A DNA stretch of 64,000 nucleotides from the IMG/VR virus record IMGVR_UViG_3300025000_000056; one strand, 5' to 3'. Source of the stretch: a virus (Duplodnaviria > Heunggongvirae > Uroviricota > Caudoviricetes). The position numbers and the translations under genes were made by a program. Shown here one piece after another: positions 25,573 through 34,163 of this stretch; the first letter of the stretch is position 1; every line of letters starts with the position of its first letter. The notes under the pieces were generated by a model. That model had not been told where the DNA came from and did no database searches. It was given only the letters and a program-made list of their open reading frames with translations.

Positions 25573-25725
25573 ATGGCAAATCCCATAAGTAAGATACGAC
25601 AGGATCTTTATAAGATGGTTGGCATGTTAGGTGATATTCAAGCTATAATTGAAGGACCCGAAGCCATGTTTAAACGCATGATGCGTAAAGCTAAGTATAA
25701 AGCCATTAGGAAGGTGATCAAATGA
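25573..25725 (+). CDS. small basic protein (50 aa)
   Basis: ATG after AAGGAGG. Confidence 0.4.
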   Translation: MANPISKIRQDLYKMVGMLGDIQAIIEGPEAMFKRMMRKAKYKAIRKVIK

Positions 25726-26168
25726 TTGACTGGGACGGAATTAAAAGCTTTCTTTACTTTCCACTTTCAATACGTCATATTGTAACGCGACAGTTTTGGA
25801 TTGATATGATTACGAGTGAAACAACAACACCATGGGGTAAAACATCCGAGATCACAGGGATTACGATCTTAGCATCACCTATTCGCCTTGCTGGTACGGT
25901 ATTCTTTTGGTTTATAGCAAGTGTTGTTTCGATCGTATTATTACCCTTTGCATTTATTGCTAATATTAAAATCTCTTATGAAAGTGAACCTAGTGAACTA
26001 GGTAATATGTGGGCTAAACACATGGACGATCTAAGAGCTGAAAAACCTGTTGTAAAGTCTAATTTGTTTGATCCTGATGGTAGGAAAACAACGATTTTCG
26101 ATCGTAAACCTGAGGAGTGTGATAATATTGGAGAAACGATGGAGCATAGGCGCTCAATGCCTTTCTAA
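25722..26168 (+). CDS. membrane protein with C-terminal ..RRSMPF tip
   Basis: ORF track; two predicted TM segments; PF C-terminus. Confidence 0.45.
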   Translation: MIDWDGIKSFLYFPLSIRHIVTRQFWIDMITSETTTPWGKTSEITGITILASPIRLAGTVFFWFIASVVSIVLLPFAFIANIKISYESEPSELGNMWAKHMDDLRAEKPVVKSNLFDPDGRKTTIFDRKPEECDNIGETMEHRRSMPF

Positions 26169-27768
26169 TGATAATCTCATCGAGCTTATCTTGGATAAAA
26201 AAGGTGTTACTGATAAAGATAAGTTCTTAAATAGTACACTTCGAGATCTTCATGATCCTAGCTTACTTCCCAATGTGGATAAGGCTGTGGATACTGTGGA
26301 TAAGTATAAAGGCAAGAAGTTAACTGTTTATGGAGATTACGATGTTGACGGTGTCACTAGTACGGCTTTACTTGTCTTAACCTTCCGCGAACTTGGCTAT
26401 GATGTGGATTATTATATTCCCGACCGCTCAGAAGGTTACGGTCTAAATTGTGATGCTATTGCTATACTTCATGCCAATGGAACAAAGTTGATTATTACAT
26501 GTGACTGCGGAATCTCTGGAATTAAGGAGGTCGAGTATGCTAAAACCTTGGGAATCGAAGTCATTATTACGGATCATCATGAGCCTCAGGCAGAATTACC
26601 TAAGGCTGCTGCCATTATTGATCCTAAGTGTAGTAATCACAAATATCCTTTTGATAGTTTGGCTGGTGTTGGGGTGGCCTGGAAGTTCGCTGCTGTATTA
26701 TATCGCCGTTATGGATTTGATCCTCTTGTTGTTAATAAGTATTTGGATCTCGTTACATTAGGGACGATAGCGGATGTTGTTGACTTAGTCGATGAGAACC
26801 GAATTATCGTTAAATACGGCCTTGACGCTATTAAGCATACGAAGCGTATTGGTCTTGAATGGCTATTAGGCGTTAAAGAACTGAAAGATAAAGAAATTAC
26901 ACCTTATAACGTTGGCTTTGTTTTGGCACCTTGTATCAACGCCACTGGTCGCCTAGAGACAGCGCATAAGGCTGTTGAGTTATTAATTACTAAATCACCA
27001 CTTAAGGCCTTACGAATTGCTAAGGAATTAGTTCAGCATAATAAGGATCGTCAGGAATTACAAGCCCAGGTCTATGAACGCTTATTAGAAAAACTTCGAG
27101 ATACTGAGGATCTAATCTGTGTTCACTATGAAGTCGGTCTTCCTGAAGGATTACTCGGTTTGATTGCTGGTAAGATTCGAGAAGAACTTAATCGTCCAGT
27201 GATTTTACTTACGAATGTCGAACACACGGAGTTTATTAAGGGCTCAGGGCGCTCAATTGATGGCTATGACATGTTTGATGCAATAGGTAAACATAAGTCT
27301 ATGCTCACGGCATTCGGCGGTCATAAGGTAGCCTGTGGCCTTACGATACATCAGGATAATCTAGAGCTATTTAAACAAGCCGTACTAGATAACTGTATCT
27401 TAACCGAAGAAAGTTTGATTCGTCGAATCCGTGCTGACTTTGAAGTAGAGCCAAGTCAAATGACAATGGAGTTTACTGAGAGTCTTCAACAACTTGCACC
27501 CTTCGGTAAGGGGAATTCCAGACCTAATTTCATGATGCGTGATCTTAGAATTGAAACGGCAAATTATATGGGTGCTAATAAACAGCACTTGAAATTAATA
27601 TGCCGAAGTGATAAGAAAACCTATGAATTTGTCGGTTGGAATATGGCAGAACAATTTGAAGAAATGGGTACTCCAGTTTTTGTTGATATTGTCTTCTCTC
27701 CGGATATTAACGTTTGGAATAACAAACGAAGTCTTCAACTTAAGATCGAAGACTTTAAGGAGTCTTAA
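26128..27768 (+). CDS. recJ: RecJ-like ssDNA exonuclease (DHH/DHHA1)
   Basis: TTG start 9 nt after GAGGAG. Motifs DYDVDG, CDCG and TDHH; N-terminus matches the RecJ pattern ..W..FL..S...LHDP. Confidence 0.75.
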   Translation: MEKRWSIGAQCLSNDNLIELILDKKGVTDKDKFLNSTLRDLHDPSLLPNVDKAVDTVDKYKGKKLTVYGDYDVDGVTSTALLVLTFRELGYDVDYYIPDRSEGYGLNCDAIAILHANGTKLIITCDCGISGIKEVEYAKTLGIEVIITDHHEPQAELPKAAAIIDPKCSNHKYPFDSLAGVGVAWKFAAVLYRRYGFDPLVVNKYLDLVTLGTIADVVDLVDENRIIVKYGLDAIKHTKRIGLEWLLGVKELKDKEITPYNVGFVLAPCINATGRLETAHKAVELLITKSPLKALRIAKELVQHNKDRQELQAQVYERLLEKLRDTEDLICVHYEVGLPEGLLGLIAGKIREELNRPVILLTNVEHTEFIKGSGRSIDGYDMFDAIGKHKSMLTAFGGHKVACGLTIHQDNLELFKQAVLDNCILTEESLIRRIRADFEVEPSQMTMEFTESLQQLAPFGKGNSRPNFMMRDLRIETANYMGANKQHLKLICRSDKKTYEFVGWNMAEQFEEMGTPVFVDIVFSPDINVWNNKRSLQLKIEDFKES

Positions 27769-27770
27769 TT

Positions 27771-28007
27771 ATGGAAGAAGAATGGAGTAAAGTGACCGGT
27801 GTTAATGGAAATGTTACTCGTCTCGATCGAGGTGGGTTATATGCCTTATTGGCCACAAGTCGTTTTGATGGAGGCTTTCGTATTCGTATCTATAATGGTA
27901 TTGAACGTATAGCTGAGCGAGAATTCGGTATCGATATGTATGATTACCGACATGAAGTTGGCGTTACGATGCTTGATACAGCACTATGTTCTTTGAAGTC
28001 AATATGA
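27771..28007 (+). CDS. hypothetical protein
   Basis: ORF track. Confidence 0.4.
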   Translation: MEEEWSKVTGVNGNVTRLDRGGLYALLATSRFDGGFRIRIYNGIERIAEREFGIDMYDYRHEVGVTMLDTALCSLKSI

Positions 28008-28036
28008 GTTTAATTAAGTAATAAGGAGGAGTTAGT

Positions 28037-28324
28037 ATGCCAGTTACTGCAGATGAATGTATTAAGGCTATTGAATCTGCAATTAAAGAATTCGGATCAT
28101 ATACTTATCACGATAAGGGTCCAAAAGAAGTTATGGATCTTTATTCCTTGGTTACTAGATTTAAAACAATGTCAATGTCAGAACTTGCTGGTCTTCTTAA
28201 TGAAGTGTTAAAGCATGAAGATGGCGAGACTTTTGTTAGTTCAGTTCTATTAGAACTTCAAACTATTCCCGATAAACAATGGGAAGAACTTACTAGTTAT
28301 CATGATCTAATTAAGTATTATTAA
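28037..28324 (+). CDS. hypothetical protein
   Basis: ORF track; AAGGAGG RBS. Confidence 0.5.
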   Translation: MPVTADECIKAIESAIKEFGSYTYHDKGPKEVMDLYSLVTRFKTMSMSELAGLLNEVLKHEDGETFVSSVLLELQTIPDKQWEELTSYHDLIKYY

Positions 28325-28356
28325 TTTCCGCTCCTCCCTTCCAGGGAGCGGAAATT
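28323..28356 (+). terminator. hairpin AATTTCCGCTCCTCCC-TTCCA-GGGAGCGGAAATT, family member
   Basis: Inverted repeat read from sequence. Confidence 0.5.
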
Positions 28357-28381
28357 ATATATTAGAAAGGTGGTGAAATAA

Positions 28382-28759
28382 ATGTTAACCCAGGAAGAAC
28401 GACAAGCTAATGTTAATAAGCTTTCTGAAGCTATGGCAAATACCGGTATTGGATTAGATTATGCAGTACTTGCTTTAGCTTTTGCAGACTTTACATCGGC
28501 TTTGTTTCATGAAATGATCAATACTAAAGAAGATGTAAATCAAACTCTAAAGTATCAAGATTGTATTCAAGAAAAGTATGAGAAAATAGTTGATGTTCTC
28601 AATGCAGAGCCAAGAACAAAGCCAGCCCATGACTTTATTACTATTTCTAGACTGATTCAGTCGATCGCTATGACGATCATGCACATGGACGAAAATGTTA
28701 TTAGCGAAGAGGAACAACGAGGTCGCGACTTGATTGCTGATATTCAAATTCCCGAGTAA
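28382..28759 (+). CDS. hypothetical protein
   Basis: ORF track; AGGTGGTG RBS. Confidence 0.5.
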   Translation: MLTQEERQANVNKLSEAMANTGIGLDYAVLALAFADFTSALFHEMINTKEDVNQTLKYQDCIQEKYEKIVDVLNAEPRTKPAHDFITISRLIQSIAMTIMHMDENVISEEEQRGRDLIADIQIPE

Positions 28760-28779
28760 AGACAAGGAGGCCAAACTAA

Positions 28780-29037
28780 ATGTTACCAGAACTTGATGAT
28801 GACTATAATTGGCCCTATGTCTTTGCTTATGCCGATGGTACAGAATCAAAACCTACAGCATTTATTCCAGGTGTTCTTACGGTTGATTGTTCGCCATTTA
28901 CAATTGAAGATGTTGTAGAAGTTATTGCTAAAGCTGATGGTGAAAACGACGGTGCCAATTGGGTCATCGTCGTTAAACTCAAAGACGGTCGTTATGGTGC
29001 TATTCGAGCTGGATGCGATTATACCGGCTGGGGCTGA
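28780..29037 (+). CDS. hypothetical protein; TGA stop is in frame with a downstream segment ending ..LYERGRYSILDIKIPD
   Basis: ORF track; the open frame continues from 29038 to the TAG at 29206-08. Confidence 0.5.
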   Translation: MLPELDDDYNWPYVFAYADGTESKPTAFIPGVLTVDCSPFTIEDVVEVIAKADGENDGANWVIVVKLKDGRYGAIRAGCDYTGWG

Positions 29038-29208
29038 CAAGAATCTGGTGATTCGCAGGTTGCGAATACGAGAGATGACATTATCCGATTTGGTTTAACA
29101 ATTGACGAACGCGAACGTCTAGGTTTATTGCTTGAAGAAGAAATGCCAATGACAGAACTCTATGAACGCGGTCGATACTCAATCTTAGATATTAAGATCC
29201 CTGATTAG
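29038..29208 (+). other. in-frame open extension after TGA that encodes an IVIPD-family C-terminal tail (readthrough product, or small gene starting TTG 29128 / ATG 29143)
   Basis: No stop between 29038 and 29206; the encoded tail matches the family motif. Confidence 0.3.
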
Positions 29209-29214
29209 AGTATA

Positions 29215-29250
29215 ATTTGTTACAAATTGTGATACAATAGTAATGAGGTG
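29215..29250 (+). promoter_or_regulatory. consensus promoter-leader motif (tttgttacaaattgtgatacaatagtaatgaggtgat)
   Basis: Best example of the recurring family; directly precedes the ligase gene. Confidence 0.5.
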
Positions 29251-29257
29251 ATAAACA

Positions 29258-30754
29258 TTGAGTACTGAAATTCAGGGTTATGGTCGTGGTAGAAATGGCG
29301 TTCAATTTACAGGAGATGAAATTGAACGCACAGATTTATATAATCAGCAAGGCGGATCAGATAAGGTCTATATTGCTATTATGAGCCATGACCCTGCAAC
29401 GAATTATTATTACGCTACGGGTTTTTACGGCAAGCGCGGCGGAACAATGAGTGTCGCCGGTAAATATGCCGGTGTCAGTGAAGTTAAAGCTCGTAATGAA
29501 TACGAAAAGCTGATTAAATCTAAATTAGCTAAATTTTATCAGGAAAATCAAGGAGATGTTTCAGGGCCTCAGCATACATCTCCAGCTCGCTATACGCCAC
29601 CTACTAGTGCTTATAAGACCATCGATACGGATGATTATAAACCACGTATCTTATGGCCTCAGAACGCTCAAACCTTTAATGATAAGTGTGAGCGATTAGA
29701 AGGCGAAGACATTATTGAGTATACGATCCGTAAGCATCGAGCGTTGATTGATGATCCAAACTATGTCTTAGAACAAAAGTATGATGGGATTCGGATTACA
29801 GCTCATGGAACACCAGATAAGACTAGAACTTTTGGGCGTAATGCCAGCGTAACAGATGGTACTAAGCCTATTGAGAAAACGGATAACTTGCCACACATCG
29901 AAACCATTCAATGGCCTAAGGAGTTATGGGGTACAATCTTGGATTGTGAGTTATTACCTCGTAATGGAATTGATGATCCAAGTTTGACGAAAGAAACCCT
30001 AGAAGAAGCCGGTATGATCGATTGCGCTACGGTATCAGGCAACTTAAACTCTAAGGATGGTCGAGACAATACGGATTTAGTTCTTGTAGTCTTTGACATC
30101 TTACAAGAAGGTAAAGTTGATCTGACAAAACTGGAATGGAAATACCGTCGTATGAAACTTACAGCCTTATTCAACGATGTGATTCCTAACTTACCTGGTT
30201 ATGATCCCGAAACATTCCCGCTGATTTTGAGTCGTTATACGATTAAAGACAAAGAACAGTATTTACGTGACATACTCGCCAAGGGATTCGAAGGCGGCAT
30301 GTTTAAACACATTGACGCAAAGTACATGGAAGGTGGCCGCCCTACTAAGAATTGGTATAAGGTTAAGAAAATGTTGACGGCCGATTGTATCGTAACTGGC
30401 TGGGAGGGTGCTAACGAAGGTAAATATGTCGGTATGCTGGGCGCTATTAAATTCGGTCAGTGGATTACTGAGGCTAAAGCTTTTGAACTTAATGTAAAAG
30501 TTAAGGATTTTATTGATCCTGATGTTCTTGGTATTCCTCGTCTTCCACATTATTTATTACTTGATTGTGGTAAGGCCTCAGGGATGACCGATGCTATCCG
30601 TAAAGACATGACCGATCACTTTGATCGTGATTATCTCGGTAAAGTTATTGAACTTGAAGCCATGGAACGATTAGCCTCAGGAAAGTTCAGACACCCGCGT
30701 TTTGTGAGAATTCGCGATGATCGCGATACGAATTCAGCTATTTGGGAGGATTAA
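29258..30754 (+). CDS. ATP-dependent DNA ligase
   Basis: TTG start after GAGGTG; adenylation motif EQKYDGIRI (KxDG). Confidence 0.7.
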   Translation: MSTEIQGYGRGRNGVQFTGDEIERTDLYNQQGGSDKVYIAIMSHDPATNYYYATGFYGKRGGTMSVAGKYAGVSEVKARNEYEKLIKSKLAKFYQENQGDVSGPQHTSPARYTPPTSAYKTIDTDDYKPRILWPQNAQTFNDKCERLEGEDIIEYTIRKHRALIDDPNYVLEQKYDGIRITAHGTPDKTRTFGRNASVTDGTKPIEKTDNLPHIETIQWPKELWGTILDCELLPRNGIDDPSLTKETLEEAGMIDCATVSGNLNSKDGRDNTDLVLVVFDILQEGKVDLTKLEWKYRRMKLTALFNDVIPNLPGYDPETFPLILSRYTIKDKEQYLRDILAKGFEGGMFKHIDAKYMEGGRPTKNWYKVKKMLTADCIVTGWEGANEGKYVGMLGAIKFGQWITEAKAFELNVKVKDFIDPDVLGIPRLPHYLLLDCGKASGMTDAIRKDMTDHFDRDYLGKVIELEAMERLASGKFRHPRFVRIRDDRDTNSAIWED

Positions 30755-31071
30755 TCATGAGTTTAGATATCCGGTTAACTCAAATGGAAGAAGTAACTGT
30801 CGTAGATAAAAACATTACTCATAATCTTGGCAAAATGTGGTCAGCAGCCGGAGTTTATAATGCTTTATATAATTCCGCAGGACAAACGGCAAAATCCGTA
30901 TTACCTGCCTTGTGGGATGGTTTAAGTCTTATGATGTCTGACCCTGAACGGTTTAAAGTCTACGATGCACCTAACGGATGGGGCACGTATGAATTTGCCA
31001 TTCCATGGCTTGGTCAACTTATCGCCGAGTTCGAACAATATCCTGATGGAATAATTGGAGTATCAAAATGA
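30742..31071 (+). CDS. hypothetical protein
   Basis: ORF track. Confidence 0.45.
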   Translation: MGGLIMSLDIRLTQMEEVTVVDKNITHNLGKMWSAAGVYNALYNSAGQTAKSVLPALWDGLSLMMSDPERFKVYDAPNGWGTYEFAIPWLGQLIAEFEQYPDGIIGVSK

Positions 31072-31379
31072 GTCGAACTATTGGTAGCAACTATGCTGCT
31101 GTTAAAAATCTGATTCACAACGAAATGGGTATCTCTAAAGATGATTTGAAAGATCTAATCAGACAAATCTTTTCCGAAGAGATACTTCGTCTTCTCAAAT
31201 CTGACAAAGATGCGATTGATCATACGATTAAACTTCATATCAATAAGCTAGTTGAAAATGCTTTAAGTGATGGTTATCGTAACAACTTTAAAGATAAAGT
31301 TGCTAATCAGCTAACGGCTGAGATAAGCAAGTTTGTTTATACTTTGTTAGAGGTGTCAGTAAGGCTAAAGGAGGATTAA
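31068..31379 (+). CDS. hypothetical protein
   Basis: ORF track. Confidence 0.45.
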   Translation: MSRTIGSNYAAVKNLIHNEMGISKDDLKDLIRQIFSEEILRLLKSDKDAIDHTIKLHINKLVENALSDGYRNNFKDKVANQLTAEISKFVYTLLEVSVRLKED

Positions 31380-31408
31380 CGTGATTCGTTGGAAAGGAGG
31401 TTAGTTAA

Positions 31409-31588
31409 ATGTTTCTACGTGCATTGATGTTTTTAATCATGATCATTGTCCTAATCTGGTTTTTTGCGCGTCCGGCCTTAACTTGGATCGGAGATCGCAT
31501 AACCAAGAATGTAGGACTCGATAAGAGAGAGGAAGAGAAAAGAGATGAGTTACAAAGACTTCGAAAACGAACAGATGAGCCCAAGTGA
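31409..31588 (+). CDS. small membrane protein (NfeD-like partner of the SPFH gene)
   Basis: ATG after GGAAAGGAGG; single TM helix then a charged tail; overlaps the SPFH gene start. Confidence 0.4.
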   Translation: MFLRALMFLIMIIVLIWFFARPALTWIGDRITKNVGLDKREEEKRDELQRLRKRTDEPK

Positions 31589-32489
31589 GCGTCGTCGCAG
31601 AGACATGATTAAAGCACGTAATACAATGATTGGTGGTGCTGCCCTAGTCATTATATTTATGTTTATCGCAGGGTTCCTTTTTGTATCCTTTGATCGGGTT
31701 AAACCTGGTTACGTTGGTATTATTCAAAACAAGATTAACGGTGAAATTACCGTTAAGGATACACTTGGTTACAAGTTTGTCAATCCTTTCACAAGTCAAT
31801 TTGTTGAGTATCCCGTTTCTACAGAGTATTTGATCCTCACAGCCGGAGCAGACGAAGGATCGCCAAGCAATGACTCCCTTGATACGCCGAGCAAAGAAGG
31901 TCCTAATGTCAATGTTGACGTCTCTGTTGCTTATCATGTTGGTGATGTTGAAAAACTCTATAAGAAGTATCGTGGAGCTAGTATCGAAACGATTGCTCAC
32001 AACGTTCTTCGTAACACACTTAATAGTGATTTAATGGCCACGACCGGTACCTATTCTATTTTAGACATGAACGATAAACGCGATGAAATTGCCGGTAAAG
32101 TATTAACCCGTATGAGAACCGAACTTGCTGAAGTTGGCCTTGTTATCGAAGGTTTTAACTTTAGACGGATTACATTGCCGGATTCCGTTAAGGGGAGCTT
32201 TGAAGCCAAGATCGCCGCTGAAAATGCTACAAAGCAAGCGACATCGGCTGCAGCTAAAACTTTAATCGAAGCCCAAATGAATCTTGATAATGCCAAGATT
32301 AATGCTCAAGCTAAACAAGTAGCTGCCGAAGCTGAAGCCAAAGCGAATGAAACCATTAGTGCCAGCTTAACAGATAAGATGCTTCAACTAAAATCTATTG
32401 AGAAATTTAATGATAAAGTTGAAGTAATCTATACACCGGCTGGTGCGAATCTATTACTGGGTGGCGCGTCCGCTACACCGGCGAAGTAA
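31545..32489 (+). CDS. SPFH/band-7 (stomatin/prohibitin-like) membrane protein
   Basis: N-terminal TM segment, SPFH-like core, Ala/Gln/Glu-rich coiled-coil C-terminus. Confidence 0.65.
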   Translation: MSYKDFENEQMSPSERRRRDMIKARNTMIGGAALVIIFMFIAGFLFVSFDRVKPGYVGIIQNKINGEITVKDTLGYKFVNPFTSQFVEYPVSTEYLILTAGADEGSPSNDSLDTPSKEGPNVNVDVSVAYHVGDVEKLYKKYRGASIETIAHNVLRNTLNSDLMATTGTYSILDMNDKRDEIAGKVLTRMRTELAEVGLVIEGFNFRRITLPDSVKGSFEAKIAAENATKQATSAAAKTLIEAQMNLDNAKINAQAKQVAAEAEAKANETISASLTDKMLQLKSIEKFNDKVEVIYTPAGANLLLGGASATPAK

Positions 32490-32493
32490 TTTA

Positions 32494-32513
32494 TAGGGAG
32501 GGAAACCTCCCTA
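32494..32513 (+). terminator. hairpin TAGGGAGG-GAAA-CCTCCCTA
   Basis: Inverted repeat read from sequence. Confidence 0.45.
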
Positions 32514-32538
32514 GACTTAACAACAGGAGGTTTACAAC

Positions 32539-32787
32539 ATGGACATTAACGAACAATTTAGTGTATATGACCAAATTACTATTGCTGATAAGGCCTTTGA
32601 ATACTACTTTGGAAGAGGCACTAGATCTCATGGTGGTGGACAGGCCGAAGGAATATTGGCTTGCAGTCACGGTGGACGTGTTGGTGCTCCGTGTTGTAAG
32701 CCTTGTGCTGTAAAGTTTATTAGACAGACTATAGCACGATTAAATATGACTTACGCAATATTTAAAGAAAAGAGTAAGGAGGATTAA
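32539..32787 (+). CDS. hypothetical protein (Gly/Cys-rich: HGGGQAEGILACSHGGRVGAPCCKPC)
   Basis: ORF track; AGGAGG RBS. Confidence 0.45.
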   Translation: MDINEQFSVYDQITIADKAFEYYFGRGTRSHGGGQAEGILACSHGGRVGAPCCKPCAVKFIRQTIARLNMTYAIFKEKSKED

Positions 32788-32789
32788 TA

Positions 32790-33092
32790 TTGATTTATCG
32801 AAACTTAGAAATATCTATTGCAGATTTTGATGGCAGTGGTGATATCGATATGGTCACTGGCTATAATGCCGAACAAGGGACTGTTGCTATGATATTTAGT
32901 CCTGGAATCCCTGGGCGTGAAATAGGAACTGATGTTTCATCACCATGTAAAGGTACTTGTATTGATTTTTCTAATACTAACTCAATTATCTTGGCATTTT
33001 CTCAAACTAAAACAATTGAGTTAATGATCAATCAACTCAAAGAACTTAAGAAACTTTACGAGGAGGAAATAGAATGTCAACTCAAGCCATAG
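32790..33092 (+). CDS. hypothetical protein
   Basis: TTG start after AAGGAGG. Confidence 0.45.
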   Translation: MIYRNLEISIADFDGSGDIDMVTGYNAEQGTVAMIFSPGIPGREIGTDVSSPCKGTCIDFSNTNSIILAFSQTKTIELMINQLKELKKLYEEEIECQLKP

Positions 33093-33892
33093 CTAACGGA
33101 ATTGATGATGGAAGTATTCCATTTTTAGAGCTTACTGATGAATTTGATTTTAACTGTCATCAATGCGGTACCTGCTGCCATGATATCGATGTATTACTTA
33201 ATCCATGGGACGTTATCAAGCTTCATAGAGAGCTTAAGATTCCAACTCAAGAAATCATGAACTATATTCATATTCAACCGGGCGGCAGAAGTAAGTGGCC
33301 CATGGTACTTTTAAATATGGTTGAACCAAGAATTAAAATTCCAGGACGCACACGATCTGCTTGCAGTTTTCTTAAAGGCGGTAAGTGTTCAGTCTACAAG
33401 GAGCGACCCACCGTTTGTCGTAGTTATCCAATTGGACGCGTTAGTGGTCGTAACCAAGAAACAAACGAAGCCTTACCGGAGCGTTATATTTTAGTACCAG
33501 AACAATGTGCTGCTTATAACGCAGGCGTTAAACATACGGTAAGTGATTGGATTAAAGAAGCCGATCTTGAGGATCGATGGGCTAAGTCTCGTGAGTATGA
33601 TAAGGTTCTTATGGATCTCCTGGGCATAAAGAAAATCGACATGAAGGAACTTCTTGCCGATCAATTAGCCTACAGTATTTTAGTTAATCTTCTCTTTAAT
33701 GTCGATGACCAAGAACGAAGTTATGTCTCAATCATAGGTGAAGAACCGACGGATGAAGAACTTTATTCTTTTATGTTGGCGACGTCGAGTGTATGGGCTT
33801 CAGGCCTTTGGAAGGATACTAGAGACATGGCCGAAGCCGGTGATCCGGATGAAACGTCGAATACCCTTAACAGTCAAGTGGTATCTCAATGA
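33074..33892 (+). CDS. YkgJ/UPF0153-family Fe-S/zinc-chelating protein (CxxCxxCC)
   Basis: Motif CHQCGTCCHD near the N-terminus; further Cys residues follow. Confidence 0.6.
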   Translation: MSTQAIANGIDDGSIPFLELTDEFDFNCHQCGTCCHDIDVLLNPWDVIKLHRELKIPTQEIMNYIHIQPGGRSKWPMVLLNMVEPRIKIPGRTRSACSFLKGGKCSVYKERPTVCRSYPIGRVSGRNQETNEALPERYILVPEQCAAYNAGVKHTVSDWIKEADLEDRWAKSREYDKVLMDLLGIKKIDMKELLADQLAYSILVNLLFNVDDQERSYVSIIGEEPTDEELYSFMLATSSVWASGLWKDTRDMAEAGDPDETSNTLNSQVVSQ

Positions 33893-34151
33893 AGCCGTCT
33901 GGACAACAGAAGATGGTAAAGAACTTTACTCTAAGGATTTTGAAGATGAACATCTAATGAATACAATTTGTTACTTAGCAAATCGTGCTGAAGAATTAAT
34001 AGAGTATGAAGATAATGAAGATTTAATCATTGATGATTATCAGTATTGGCTTGCTCAAAAACCAATCTTTAAAGCTCTTGTTGATGAGGCCTTAGAACGT
34101 GGCCTCATCGAGCTTGAGCTTGCAAGGGCAGCTCACTGGACATTAAAATAA
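33738..34151 (+). CDS. hypothetical protein, start uncertain (33738 overlapping start, or about 33955 ATG)
   Basis: ORF track; overlaps the upstream gene by about 155 nt if the tracked start is used. Confidence 0.3.
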   Translation: MKNRRMKNFILLCWRRRVYGLQAFGRILETWPKPVIRMKRRIPLTVKWYLNEAVWTTEDGKELYSKDFEDEHLMNTICYLANRAEELIEYEDNEDLIIDDYQYWLAQKPIFKALVDEALERGLIELELARAAHWTLK

Positions 34152-34163
34152 GGAGGGATGCTA

